DNA of 64,000 nucleotides from Rhynchopus sp. YZ270_cl-10 (Eukaryota), in NCBI GenBank assembly GCA_964035575.1, contig OZ037833.1, positions 2,046,001 to 2,110,000 of the forward strand, written 5' to 3'. The position numbers were made by a program, and so were the translations under genes. The notes under the pieces are model-generated. The model had not been told where the DNA came from, made no database searches, and was given only the letters and a program-made list of their open reading frames with translations. Of the stretch, positions 44,046 to 56,942 are shown piece after piece. How positions within the stretch are numbered: position 1 is the stretch's first letter; each line of letters opens with the position of its first letter.

Positions 44046-45862
44046 CTATCCCTCCATGAGAACCAACGTTGCTTCGTCTTCACTGAACGTGGAGTCGGTG
44101 AGGCCGGTACTTTGGGCTCCTTCGATTAGTTCACGGGGGGGTGGGGGTGTTGTGAAGGTGGATGACGCACTTGCAAGCCTCGACACAGAGAAGCCTGCTA
44201 CGTAGTGCGGGTCGTTGTGGATGCGCAAATTGACCAACTCGTCGTCCTCGCTCTCCGCAGTTCGCTTTGAGGAACCTACCACCGGCGTCACAGTCGACAA
44301 CGCAGAAAGAGACGAAGAATGCTCTGAAGCAGAGTATCCCGGAGACGGCCCTGTGCAGTCCGACGCAATCGCAGACTCTTGCCATTCTGTATTTTAAAGG
44401 GTAAAGCGTTGCACCCTTTAAGCAACATACCTCTAAGCTCCGCAACACAGGCCTTCAAACGGCACTTCACCTCCTGAACATTTTCATAGTCGTAGTCTGT
44501 TTTGGTATTGACAATCATAATACCAAAAAAAGTGAGTGCACAAAACGCTCTCTGGGAGAGGCGTCTGACACTTCATTTTTTGTTAAAATCTCTTCATTTT
44601 CTGCCTATTTTCCCTTCTTATTTTTTTCTTGTACTTCATTTTGTTTTGGTTAGATACGCTCAATCGCCGTTCTGTGAATATCACGGAACTCCTTTTTCAT
44701 GAAGTTGATGGAAAAAAAAAATCATACGTTCAGGGTGGTACTCTGTTGCTGCCTCTGGGGAGTATGTGTTGTCGAAGGCGAGAAGAAGTTGGTCCGCAGT
44801 TTTGCGCATTTGCGGACAGAACTGCAGACTATCACAGAGAAGAGTCTGCTCTAGCAGAGACGCTGTAGGGAACTTCTTCTGAAACCACGCCAGGTCCCTC
44901 CCTTTGAAGGCCTTCTGTGCGCCTATGAGACTCTTCTCATCCCCAGGGAAGAGCTGTTCACCCAACACCATCTCCGCCACACAGCACCCCACGGACCACA
45001 CATCCAACTGAAACGTATAATCCACCGCATTGCCTGTAATCTCTGGTGCCCTGTAGGGGTAGGTGCAGACATATTTACCGTGAGTCATATCGGGGAATTT
45101 CCCTTTTTCTTCGTGATGAGACATAAGGGGTCGTCTGCAGGAGCCTAGGTCAACGAGTTTGCAGTCAACAACACCAAGGGATCCGTTTACATTGCCAAGG
45201 CGAAGGCAGATGTTCTCAGGTTTGATATCGCGGTGAAGCATATTGCAACGGTGGAGATGCGCAATCCCAGCAAAGCTGTTGGTAATAACAACCCTCCTCT
45301 GTGCCTCATCCAGCTTGCGAACCGATCCACGAAATTCATTGGGAAATTTCTTAAAAAAATACTTCAATTTTTTTGCAGCCCGACCGACACTCCGCCCTGC
45401 AATATCCGATACGTATTCAGACAAATTGCAGTCCAACCCTTCTTCAACAATATAAAAAAAGTTTTCTACCCACCAACAATCCTTCAAAGATATTATCGAG
45501 GGATGGGGTGACGTCTTTAACATATGGATGAGCGTACGCACTTCACGGTACGATGCTTCGCAGGAAGAGGTATCGTCGGTGGCCTGACGCTTGATGATCA
45601 TATCCCCACCACTATGCGAATCATGGCAACGGATTATACAGCCGAAACTCCCATTTCCCGCAAGATGTGCATATCCGTAGTACCTCCCATCCACCTCCCG
45701 CGGTACCTTCAGTACAATCCCTTCATCCCCTTTTTCATTCTCAATATAATGCACTACCGGAGCGTCTCCAGCTTCAACACAACGTTGCTGCTTCACAAAT
45801 CTCTGCTGCAACGACCCAGCATGCGGTTCAAATGCTGTCGCTGCACTCCGTTTTAGCCCCAT
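44046..45862 (-). CDS. CMGC/MAPK-like kinase; kinase exon about 44730-45862 with probable small 3' exons to 44046
   Basis: GNGSFG, HRDIKPEN, DLG, YVCTYPYRAPE, DVWSVGC; GTATG donors and CAG acceptors near 44729, 44430 and 44388; exact middle exons uncertain. Confidence 0.75.
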
Positions 45863-46106
45863 CTTCGAAGAAAAAAAAAGGGTTTTCCAAGGGGTTTGGA
45901 GGGAGGAGGGAGGGAGAAAGGAAGAAAAAAAGGTTGGTGCTAGATCGCCCCAATAAAGTCTTAAAAAAACAAAGAGAAAATGATTTGAATCAAAATGATG
46001 GGGTTTGTGTATTGCTGTAAAAGGGGATGAAAAATGGAGGGGAGAAATGTTGATTAAAAGATTTTCATATTGAGGTTGTGTTATGAGAATTTATTCTCTC
46101 TTTTTT

Positions 46107-47354
46107 TCACCAAGGAATTGCATCAGCACGGAGTGAGAGAGAATCGGTCTGAGGGGTTTGTGTGTCTTTGGAAGAGGTAGTGCTTTTCCTTATTGGGTTT
46201 GGCTTGTAGCGGTAACGACCGGATCTGACTTGGTTGTGGAGGTTTTGTAAGGTATTGCAGTTTGCATGGTCGGCGACGGCTTCCCAGAAAGCATTTCTCC
46301 GTTTTGCGAGAACGATGCCAGCACCACGAAGAAGATATTTCCTGCAAACAAAATCCAGCTCCATCCCGGTTCTCTCCAACGCCCGGTATTCACGTCGTGC
46401 CGCAGCCTCGTTGCCAAGAATGCAGTAAAACAGTACAAGACCACCCCATCCACCGGACCAGGTGTTCATCCTCCGTTTCCGACGAAACGCCTTTTCCCTT
46501 AGATCTGCAAGAATCGCATTCGCAGCGTCTTCATTCGTTTCTATCTTTGTTTCTGCTGATTCATCCTTTTTGATGAAATCTGGGCAAATCGGGTCTGCAA
46601 AATCGCCTTCCAGCACCCATTTAATGAGCACCGCACAACGACTGTCAAGAAGACGCAACGACACCTCTACCAACGCATATGCAAGGCTTCTCCCTGTTAT
46701 CCTCCAGTTGTGTATTTTGTTGAGCGTCACATTCAGGTCTGTGTATGTATCTATGGAGGACACCCACAGAGACATGATATCAGCGGATACACGGTGGCGG
46801 TACGTTGCTTGGCGTCTGGTGATAAGCTTGGCCAGTTCTGTGTGCTGTCTTTCACGTGCAAGGTATTGGCAAAGCTCATTTAACACTGGTGCAGTAGGTT
46901 GGTCTTCTTCGAGAAGCCCCTCCCACATGGTCTCAAAATCTTTGAATGCCCCGGTTCTGATGCATAATTTCATCAAAAAGGTGGCAACGTGAGGCGCATC
47001 TTGGATGTTGTGTTCTTCAATAAAACGACGTGCATGCGTTAATGTAGGTGCAGTAGTCAATAATAGCTGCAACGTGCGACGCCCTACATGGTACTTCTCA
47101 AGCTTAACACGAATTACTTCTGCCATCTCCTTCTCCCATAGGTGCGGCTCCCCTCGAGACAACTGCTTCAACCCATCCATATACTGGCGAACCTCCATCA
47201 AGCAGTCCACATCCCCATATTGGTTTGGCAAGTGTACACCAGGCTTTCCCTTTGTAGTGGGAATGCCCTCAAGCCTTGCGGTGTAAACATGACGTCGCAA
47301 ATACCCAATCAACGCACAATACCTTCTCTGAGAATATAACCTAAATATGTGCAT
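46107..47354 (-). CDS. Hypothetical, probably mitochondrial, protein with PPR-like helical repeats
   Basis: 415-aa ORF; presequence-like start; ATFLMKLCIRTG...PTAPVLNELCQYLAR. Confidence 0.5.
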   Translation of the reverse strand: MHIFRLYSQRRYCALIGYLRRHVYTARLEGIPTTKGKPGVHLPNQYGDVDCLMEVRQYMDGLKQLSRGEPHLWEKEMAEVIRVKLEKYHVGRRTLQLLLTTAPTLTHARRFIEEHNIQDAPHVATFLMKLCIRTGAFKDFETMWEGLLEEDQPTAPVLNELCQYLARERQHTELAKLITRRQATYRHRVSADIMSLWVSSIDTYTDLNVTLNKIHNWRITGRSLAYALVEVSLRLLDSRCAVLIKWVLEGDFADPICPDFIKKDESAETKIETNEDAANAILADLREKAFRRKRRMNTWSGGWGGLVLFYCILGNEAAARREYRALERTGMELDFVCRKYLLRGAGIVLAKRRNAFWEAVADHANCNTLQNLHNQVRSGRYRYKPNPIRKSTTSSKDTQTPQTDSLSLRADAIPW

Positions 47355-47771
47355 CAGGAAATTATCACATGTGTTTTTTTTTTAATCCGCTGTCGAATAA
47401 AAGCCGACTGCGAAACAAAAAAAAAAACAAATTCTGAGAGGTTGTTGAAGTTGTGGTTACCCTGCACCAACCCCACAACGAGACAGGTTTGAGATAAACC
47501 TACAGTCGAAAAACACCCCATACCAGAAGAACATTGAAAACCGAGAGGAAAATTATCACCTTTTTTTTTCGTTCGTTCGAAGATTTTTCTTTTTTTTCTG
47601 TGTATGAAATATGAAGCCACACGGCTCCTAGGATGCTTTTTGTTGTGGGGGGTATCGACAAAAGTCGAACCCTAAGTGCAATCCCGTCTCTTCTAATCGC
47701 ATGCCGTATGGACTGCTGACCGGGGTTGTGAAGTAGAAATGGCTAGGGTAGATTTTTTTTTTGTTGGAAAA

Positions 47772-48642
47772 CTAGTCTTGTTTTCGTCTCTTCGCAGCGG
47801 AGTCCTCTGTAGTGTCCTCACCCCGTTTTCTCTTCGCACTGTCACTCTCTGCGTCGCTCGCACCGTCCTTCTCTTCCTTATCCTTATCCTCATCCAGCTC
47901 CACAGCGCAGTAACAGAAGTCATCATCCCCTTTGCAGCGGTCGCTGTGGGGAATGAGTGTGTGTTTTTTGCTTGGTTTTGGGCATGTGGCGTGGGATTCA
48001 TACCTATCCTCCAAGTCCAGCAGTACATTCGCGTTCGCGATAGACAGCTTCATGAGACCACAGTTATTGCACCGTGCGGAGAACTCCTCATCAAGGATTT
48101 CCGCTCTGTTTGTTAGAGTGTTTGGAAGAAGAAGAAAAATTCATGATAAAAAACCGCAGTCAACCTTGAACACAATCAATTATCGTACAGCAGCAGCAAC
48201 ACAATACAAGAAAAAATTGAAAAGACAGCTGCAAGCCTTCCGCAGAGAGCGATGCTTTGCCACCGCAGCAACACCATTACTAGCAATCTTTGAGGGGGGG
48301 GGGGGGGGGGGGGGTTTTGCCCCTTCTTACATACGCAAGCTCCTCCTTGCGGATCTGCTCCTTCTGGAACTTCTGTTTGTGTGTGCTCATATCCTTTGGC
48401 TCCATGGCTGCCAGCTGCGATGGTGTGAGGCTCGAGTCAACCAGCATCGGAGCCACTGTCCGGAAGTTCAAACACACTGCACGGAACTGCGCCATCAACT
48501 CTGCGTTTGCCGATGTGGAACAGTCAAACGCACTCCACAGCTCTGCCACAACATTCTGTGCAAGCCCCGGATGGCTTTCACCCACCGCCTTTTTAAACTC
48601 CGCACTTATCTTTTTAACGTGCGCATCTTTGAGAGCGCTCAT
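47772..48642 (-). CDS. TFIIS central-domain protein with a Cys-rich C-terminal part; exons 48335-48642 and 47772-48105
   Basis: FRAVCLNF...LTPSQLAAMEPKDMS; GTATGT..CAG intron joins in frame to RCNNCG. Confidence 0.6.
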
Positions 48643-49068
48643 CCCTTCTTCCTACTTGTTTTATGTTGGGGTGAGAGCGGAAGAGGGGAGAAGGGGAGGG
48701 AGAAACGTATGACCATTTTTTTTACCCAAATCAGATTAAATATGTTGGGACAAAAAAAAGGGGGGTGGTTTTTGGCTAGAAAAATATCCCCCACCCCCTA
48801 CCCCCTGTGTTGTGTCCTCTATGAATGAGTGGCCTTTTTCGGTAAAAAGCCGGTCCCATCCTCTCCTTCCCAAAAGGAATAAAGGAAAGTTGGAAAGGTG
48901 GTGCATAGAGGGGGAGACAAATAGACAACAAATGCACACATCTGAAAAGAGACTGAGCGGATATCATTGCCGAGAAGGGAGGTACTGTTGGTGCATTCGC
49001 ATTGCGCGTGGTATTGCCTGTCAAAAAATGAGGAATTTTTTACTGAAAAACTTATTAAAAAAACCAGA

Positions 49069-50830
49069 TTAACGTTCTAAATCCAACAAATTGTACACCC
49101 GCAAAGAACCTAATGAGGGGCATACCGTTTGCGCTCGCGCCGGCCAGTCGTACCTTGCGGCCCCAGGCAGTATGACGCCAGAGAGGACTGGGAGACGGCC
49201 TTCTATTGAATCTTCCATTGCATCGGGTGAGGCTGGTGTGGGGTGTGCGCCGGGGGTGGTCTCGAGATCGTCAGAGGGGACGGGGCTGCGGTTGTCGCCG
49301 TGGTAGACGTGGGCGTCGTGTTGCTTGTGTAGGGGTGGGAGGGTCAGCTCGCTGTCGTCGATGCTTGCGTGTGCGTCCTGTGCATAGGGCGAGAGCCCCT
49401 GCTGGAACAACCGATTCTGCTCCAACACATATTCATCCAAACGCATAATCTGCTTCTGACTTTCCCGCCGCTTTCCACTCGCTTTGCTCCGCTTTTTTTT
49501 CTGCCGTTTCTCGGTTTTAACCGGCTCGGCGACATCGACGACACGCCGTTTCCGGTTTGCTGAGACCTTTCTCTCCTTTGGCAGTTCTTTCTCCAGGGTT
49601 GACTGTTCTTCTACACCGCCACCACCACCGCTCTCATGTAGCTCCGCCGCTTCCACCTCCACTGCAGCTTCTTGATCTGCTATTGGGGATTCGGTAGGGG
49701 TGAGAACCCATATTCGCTGTTCGGTTGTGCGGGGTTCTCCGGTGTGCGGGCGTTGGAGTTTCCCTGCGCTTCGGACGCTTGGTTGTGGGTGCACTGTGCT
49801 GTCGGTGTCGACGCTGTTCGCTGTGCTACTCCGCGGGAAGTGCTGTGTCTCCACTGGCACAGCAATCCCCTGCGGCGGCACCAACCCTGTAAACTGCGGC
49901 ACCACCTCCGCCCAAAGCTCCTGCACCACCACATCGACCACCTCCTCCACCACAGCACCCCTCGGACTCCCCCTCCCCCTCCTCCTCTTCCCTTTCACAT
50001 GCCTCCCAGACTGTCTCCATCGGTCGTACACCGATGCCTCTTCGTCACTCCCCATCACATCCTGCAAACTAGACAAATCTAATGAACACTGCGCGTCGTC
50101 CATGAGAACTTCTTCAATCGGGGTAATGGTTTCGTCTTCGTAGGTTCCACCGTAGGGGCTTTCGATGTGGGTGGGAGGGGTGGCTGTCGTGGTGTTGCCT
50201 TCAATGGTGAGGGAGGCTCGACGGAGTGCGGGAGAGCGGGGGAGACGGAGGCTTGAGGATTGAAGGGAGGTGCGTGAAAGGCGTGCGATATGTGTATTAG
50301 GTAGACGCGACGGTGCGCGATCCAATGTAACGCTACGCTCCACACGACCACCAAGCAGAAGAGCCCTACAAGGCAACGCAAAGTTATGAAACAACGACCA
50401 TTCACACAACAAAGACCGTTCCGCCATCACCTGCATGCCATTCCCTAAAGGACGGTATGGGGCTAGCTCCATACCACGAGGCTTTAAGAGGGGTTCATCT
50501 GCACGCACGCTGGATAGTCTGTTTTTGTTGTTTTTAAGAAAAATGGTTTATTTGGGAAGGGGGGAAGGGAGGTTAAAGACAGTACCTTTCCTCCATTGTC
50601 AAGACCGTTGCTGCAAGTGATTTCTCCAGGGCGGTCTCATAAGAGGCTTGGATTTCGAGGGAAAAACAGCTTGAGGGTGCGGGAAGGATGCCATGGCAGG
50701 TCGCGATGGTTGGGGTTGCTGGACAGCCCCCACGAAGCCCGAGGGCGCTGTTCTGCCTGCCTAAGGACTGCTCCTCGGCCACATCCCCACTGTCCAGGAT
50801 TTCATCGTCGAACAGTGGGATGTACAACAT
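49069..50830 (-). CDS. Hypothetical low-complexity protein; exons 50586-50830 and 49069-50518
   Basis: Long ORF plus an in-frame upstream exon via a GT..AG intron at 50519-50585. Confidence 0.55.
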
Positions 50831-51715
50831 CGTACCTTGTGTTTCAAGGATATTCTTTTCCCCCACTTCACCCTACTTCACCCATAGCAAAATAATCAAA
50901 AAAATCGAAAAAGAAAGAGGGGGAGCTTTGTGTATTATTTGGAGGGGGTTTATTAAAAAAGAGTGTATATTATGTTCTGTTGGGTGTAGATGAAATAAGG
51001 GGGAAAATGATGAATATGGACTTCTCAAAGCAGAGGGTTTGTTTTATGCACTTGACGCCAGCGGTCTTTTAGGCAGGATAAAAAATGATATATTGGAACA
51101 AAAAAGGAGGGAGGGTGTGGCCGTTTTTTTGTTACTTCGAACCGCTGTAGGATCCGTTGGTAAGGGGGGAGGGAGGAGAAATTAGTCTTTTGTCTTTGTA
51201 TGTGTTAAATGTTACTTCTTCAGAAAGGAACAGTCGAAAATGTCACAAAAAAAAAAAAAAAATGGGAAGAGGAGGCTAAATGCTTCCTTCTACAATAAGG
51301 AAGAGAGATGGATGTTTTTTTTTGCTTTTTTTTGGGACAAGCGTATTCGAATTTAAAAAAAGTCATCAAATCTGGAAGGAAAGGGGGGGGATGTACGCAG
51401 GTTAACAGAAGGAAAACGTTTTGCCCCAAATATCCCTTATTCCATCCCTTATTCTTCTCCGCAAACCATGCACCATCCCCCTTCACACACACATCCCCCC
51501 ACCTTTTTTCTAAACCAAATTGTACAGGCCGTTTTTTTTCTTCTTCTCGCCTTTTTTAAAAAAAATACCTTGGTTGGTACTTCCCCGCATTCCCATACCC
51601 CCCTCCTCCCATCCCCAACTTTTCAAAAAAAACCCGGTGTTTGTGGTTAGAAGGATGAATGTTGTGTTATGTTTTTTTTTTTTTTTTGAAAAGATTCCCA
51701 AAAGGAAAAAGCTTT

Positions 51716-53028
51716 CTAGGCAATACGTTGGAGCTCGTGGGAGTAGTTCAGCTGGTTTTGGATGAGCTCGGGGAAGGGGAGGTGGCTGTTGTGTTGTTCT
51801 GTGTCTGAGAAGAAGAAGGCGTCGCCTCTCAGGTTCCACGCGGCGCTGCTGTCATCAAGCTTCTTTCTCTCCTCATCAACGAACTCAAGCACCTCCGCTG
51901 TTTTGTCGAACATCAGCAGCTTTCTTGCACCCTCCACACTCAAGCTGTCGTACGAGCACATCGCACACTTAAAGACCTCACGTCGCACCGTCACAAGAAG
52001 CATCTCCATCAGCGGCTCGTAGTGTGTCGAAGGCGCCTTCTTCCTTGCGGTCAACATCTTCAGGTAGCTTCCTTCCATCAGGTACCGCTCCAGCTGGATC
52101 ACATCCTGTGTGGTAAAATATACAAATAAAAAGTGAGTTTTTTGAGCATACTTTGATGTACATGCTGTCCTGGTCGACGGTCGTAATGCGTTCAAGCTCC
52201 ATGTGGAACATCCGTGTCTCGTTGGTGGCAAGCAGCTTGAGGAGGTGGAGGCCGAGGATCAAGAGTCGTCTCTCGCTTGCCGGCTCGTCTTCGAAGTCTG
52301 AGTAGTATGCACGCAGGATCTCGAAATGTCTTTCAAACGCAACTGAAAGGGAAGAGGTGTTGGGTTGAGGGTTGAGGGGTGCAGGGTGGGTCCGTGAAAG
52401 CAAAGAAAAACTTGTAAGATGAACACGCCTCTCGTGTCACATCTTTTAATCAAACCCGGGAGCAAAGTTGAGAAAAGGGGAGGGAAGAGAGAGGAGCATG
52501 CACAACCGCCATACCCATGTTTTTTTCCGACGCTGCTGCAAGAACTGCGTGCTCCATGGTTTCCCGCACCAGCATCACCTCCTGACCTCTGTAATGGAGT
52601 GGGTTGTTGTGAGTAACGAGATGTGAAGCGCAAGGGTGCATGCCAATAGAGGGAGGAGAAAGCCTGACACCCTACAACCTGAGCTCTGGATCCAACTACG
52701 AGCTTTTTAACAGCAGCAGCATTAATATACACTCTTGGTGTTGGAATTACCGGGGAGGGGGTAAAATAGTTGCGTGAACAGATGAAGTGGACATACCTTG
52801 TTGGGGGTTTCGCCTCGGGGTTCAAAAAGGTCGGGAATTTAGTGAAGAGTAGCTTCAGCTGCGTTAGTGTCTTCTTTGCCTCGTCATAACTCTTCGCCTC
52901 GAGCAGCTGTGTGGAAAAGGGGTAGGTTAAAATTAAATTTTACGACAAAATGCACTAACGGCGCATACCTTTACATAATTCTGGTACAAACTGTGTGCTT
53001 CTACCACCGCTTTTGCAGGATCGGACAT
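51716..53028 (-). CDS. RPN12: 26S proteasome lid subunit Rpn12 (PSMD8), five exons
   Basis: Spliced product MSDPAKA...FERHFEILRAYY...ILGLHLLKLLATN..FHMELE...IQLERYLMEGSY..TVRREV...NQLNYSHELQRIA; four GTATG..AG introns. Confidence 0.88.
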
Positions 53029-53239
53029 TTCTTTTTCTTTTTATCTAGTGTGTGTTTTAGTGTGTGTAGAGCTGAGCAGATGTGGTCGAATATGGTTTGT
53101 ATGCTTTGGGTAGTACGGGGGGAGAAGGGAGATACCGCACCTTCAGACGAAGTGTGGTGAGAATGGTGAGATAGGGTGGGGTGTATAAAAGTGAAGTTAT
53201 TAATGCAGACATTAGATTAAAGAAAAACTGTAGTTGTTG

Positions 53240-53294
53240 ATGCAGGCACCTCCGACTAACCCACGTACGATGCCAGCCATCCGGATGAAAGCAC
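53240..53294 (-). other. Dispersed hairpin family A copy
   Basis: atgcaggcacctccgactaacccacgtacgatgccagccatccggatgaaagcac. Confidence 0.8.
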
Positions 53295-53672
53295 AAGTAC
53301 CCTGCGGCCAACAACAGAAGATGTAAAAAGGAAATCTAATGACTGGCCCGTACCGTAAGGTATAAAAAGGGGGGAGGGCAATCGGGGAACACCATTTTTC
53401 TTTTTATATCTTCAAGCAGAGCGGACCCAACGGGCCAGCGAAAGGGTGGTTTGCAGGGCGAGGCAGGGTAAAAACGGTAAGATCTGGGATAACACAAAAA
53501 CAAGGGTTTCAACCCCCGGAATTTTCCTTTTTTGTCGGCGAAATCTTTAATACCTCCATTGAAGAGGATCAGATCTCTACGATATATCGATTTTTTCTCT
53601 CAAAACCTTTTGTAAAAAAGATCTTTTTGCACAGCAATTTACATCAATTTTAAAAAAGGTACCCCCAAGATT

Positions 53673-54626
53673 TCATGATGTAAACCAGGTGTGAGAAAGG
53701 GCGTCTGCCGCTGTCAGACGAGCCTTTGGATTGACTTGAAAAAGCGCTTTTAGCAGGTCGAGGGGGATATCCTTTTCGGTGTGCCCTGCAGGGAGGGTGA
53801 ACCCTTCGGATGCTGCGGGAGACACTTTGCTGCTGCCACCTGCCCCAGCAGAGGGGAACGGATACTGCTTGAACAACAACACATAGAAGACAACACCGAC
53901 AGACCACATGTCCACCTCCTGTCCATATCGTTTTCCACCTCCTTTTACACCCATAATCTCTGGTGCCATGTAACGCCTGCTCCCACAACATGAAGAAAGA
54001 CACGCAACCCCACCACTATTAACCTGCACTGCAGTGCCAAAGTCAAATAGCTTTACCACCCCATCCACGAGAAGCATATTCTCAAGCTTGATATCCCGGT
54101 GCACGATGTTCATTGCATGCAGCGCAGAGACAGTGGTGAGCAGCTGAAACAGCGTTTTCTTTATGTCCAACCCCCGCGAGGAGGCAACGTGGGTGTACAG
54201 TTCAGAGTCTTCAAAAAGGTCCATAACGATGATGTAGGCCCCGTTCTCTTCGAACCCATGATGCGCATTGATCACACCAAAACCGTCCAAGGTAGAACAA
54301 AGAGCCTGCAAACGAAACTCTTCTCTAGCTGCATTGATTCGTGTCCGTGTCAATGGAATTACCTTTGCTGCATGAAAACGGGGTCCACCAAGTCCATCAT
54401 TACGCTGTACACGATGTACCGATGAATGCGCACCTCTCCCAATCAAGCTCGTATCAGCACCACAAACAGTCCCGGTAGTGTCAACATATGAAAACCGTTC
54501 AGCAAAAGCTGTGCTAGGTGTAGTAGAAACACCCTCCGAAGGGTCTACGGCAGCATCGTTGAGGTTCGTGCACGGTGAGGATAGAGGTTCGAAAAGCAGT
54601 GGGGAGATCGCGTTCTCCGCAATCAT
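53673..54626 (-). CDS. CAMK-group Ser/Thr protein kinase
   Basis: GRGAHS, AAKVI, HRDIKLEN, DFG, CGSRRYMAPE, VDMWSVG. Confidence 0.85.
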   Translation of the reverse strand: MIAENAISPLLFEPLSSPCTNLNDAAVDPSEGVSTTPSTAFAERFSYVDTTGTVCGADTSLIGRGAHSSVHRVQRNDGLGGPRFHAAKVIPLTRTRINAAREEFRLQALCSTLDGFGVINAHHGFEENGAYIIVMDLFEDSELYTHVASSRGLDIKKTLFQLLTTVSALHAMNIVHRDIKLENMLLVDGVVKLFDFGTAVQVNSGGVACLSSCCGSRRYMAPEIMGVKGGGKRYGQEVDMWSVGVVFYVLLFKQYPFPSAGAGGSSKVSPAASEGFTLPAGHTEKDIPLDLLKALFQVNPKARLTAADALSHTWFTS

Positions 54627-56942
54627 GTAAAACAAAAAATTTACAAAAAGATCTGGGTGAGGCTTTCTGGAAAGGATTCTAAGGAGAGTAGGGGAAGGGG
54701 AAGTGTTTTGGAGAGGGGAGAAAAAGGAGGATGGAAGGATGGGATTATTTTTTTGTTGTTGTATTCAACTCTTCTTTTGTGTTGGTTTGTTTTTTTGCTT
54801 GCAATGTATTTGTTGCCTTTTTTTGAAACCTACAAACGTTGACTTTTTTTTGGGTGGGGTAGTTACACACATCCCTCCTAAAAAAATACCAAATAAAGGG
54901 CGACAAAACTGCAACAAATCATTGCTTAATTTTTTTTTTACTGAAATTCTAAATGCTTTTTTTTAAGGGTATTGCCTATTGACATAATTTGTGCAACACT
55001 CTTTATTTGTTTTCCCCCCAGGCAATGGAGAACGGTGTAACACACCTTTCTGATAAATCCGAAACCTGGCGAAGTGTTATTACTGCGTTGTTGTGTGCAA
55101 CGCAAGGTTTTTTTTTTTTTGCTTTGTTTGTTTGTTTTTTTCCCGTAAAATTGAATGCAAGGCTTCAATTCGATACTTCCATCTAATTCGGGGGTTGGAG
55201 TGTGGAGTGAAGGGGAGGGGGATGAAGAAAAGAAAAATCTAAATCAATGCAAAAAAAGTAATCCTGTAATTGTGGTTCACTGGGTCGAAGAAAAAAATAA
55301 GGATAAACACAAAACACGCTGCTGGAATTCGCGATGAGACGGAAAAAAGCACAAAAAAAAAGAAAGCAACAATTTTATATCCTGACTACCTTATCAAATA
55401 GTAAGCAGGGTATAACATAGACTTCCAAAAAAAAATGTCCGATCCCATGGAAAGTGTACAAAGTAACTATATTGTCCCATCTTCTCGTCATGGATTGATA
55501 AATTAATTACACTACAAATTGACAGTACTGAGGGTAGCAAAAAATGGGGATACAGATACCATATTGTACACTCACATTCACAAAAAACGCACGTCGTTCC
55601 ACTTTATTTTATCCGTTCTTTTTTTCCACAAAACCCATTAACAACTAGGCATCGCAGGAACCCCTTCAGACAGAAAATCTTAATGCATTGAAAAGAAACT
55701 TAATGGAGAGAGCTTTTTTGGGGGTGAAAAAGGGTCACATAGATTTCATCAAACAATGTTAAGGGGGTTTTGGGGGAGGGTTCGGGGGAGTGATTTTTTT
55801 TTTTTGCCGGGAGGGGGGGTGATTGGTCCCCCCATTTCCCAAGCAGGGTACGCTCAACGAATGATTTTGTTTGTTTGTTTGTTTGTTATTTTTTTTGTGT
55901 GGAAACAAAAACAAGAAATGGAAATGATAATCATATCCCGCCATTATTTTTTGTCATTCAACCACAGCCCATAGCATTTTAAAAATGCAAAGTTGAAAAT
56001 GTGATAACGCGTCAAAGGACGCACTGAAACCCATAAAAGAAGAAAAAAAGTGGGTAAAGATGAATTGAAGCCTCTAGTTGCTTATCACCCAAAAAAGAAA
56101 AAACTGATGCTCTCTCCCCCACTCATGGAGAAGAGTGCAAAAGGGAATCAAAAATCCCATTACAAAGAAGACCTAAAAGTGCAAAACTCAGTTACATCTT
56201 CGGACTACTATTCGAGAGAAAAAAAACTTGCAAGATGAATGTACCTCTCGTGTACATTACATCTAAAATGAGGGTAAAAAAAGCAACAAGAGGCTGAAAC
56301 TCTGAATAAATTTGGGCAAAAAAAAAAAAAAAAAGGTTTTACCTGATGAACCTAAGCATAAGCCCTCTCTGTGCCTAGCAAAATTCATCTTGAAAAAAAA
56401 ATGCTATTTGTGTTCAAAATACAAGACATTTCGAAGAATAAAGAAAAGTTTATGAGATGAACCTAAGCCTCACTTGCTTAGCCACCTTGAATAAACCAAA
56501 AAAAAAAATCGGATTTTTTCTTCTTTTTTGGGGAGCCAAATAGCCCTTTCTAGCGGTGATCGTAAGATAAAAAGACTTCGAGACTAGCTACCACCAGGGG
56601 GGGAAGGGTTTGGCTCTATTGCTGATACTAATGAAATAGTGGAAAAGCCCACATTATGAAGGGAGGGGGATCGGAGGGAGGGGGGCATCTAAGGGGAGAG
56701 TTGGAAATAATTTCTTTATTTCTGTCGTAAAAATAAATGCATTTTTCGTTTAAAAAAAAGGGAAAATAAGAGATTAAAGAGCGAAAGCAGTTTACCAAAG
56801 GATAATATTCTCTCAACTCTCTTTGCCTCTCATTTATATATTTGCCCCGTCAAAACGAGGAAATGAGACTCCAAAAAAAATTCGTTTTAAAACAAAAGGA
56901 AATTCCTTTTAGATTTCCTCTTTTCTTCTTTGGTTTTTGGTC

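Noticed and set aside
47932..48828. 298-aa plus-strand ORF
   Set aside because: Overlaps the TFIIS-like gene antisense and crosses its intron; no motifs
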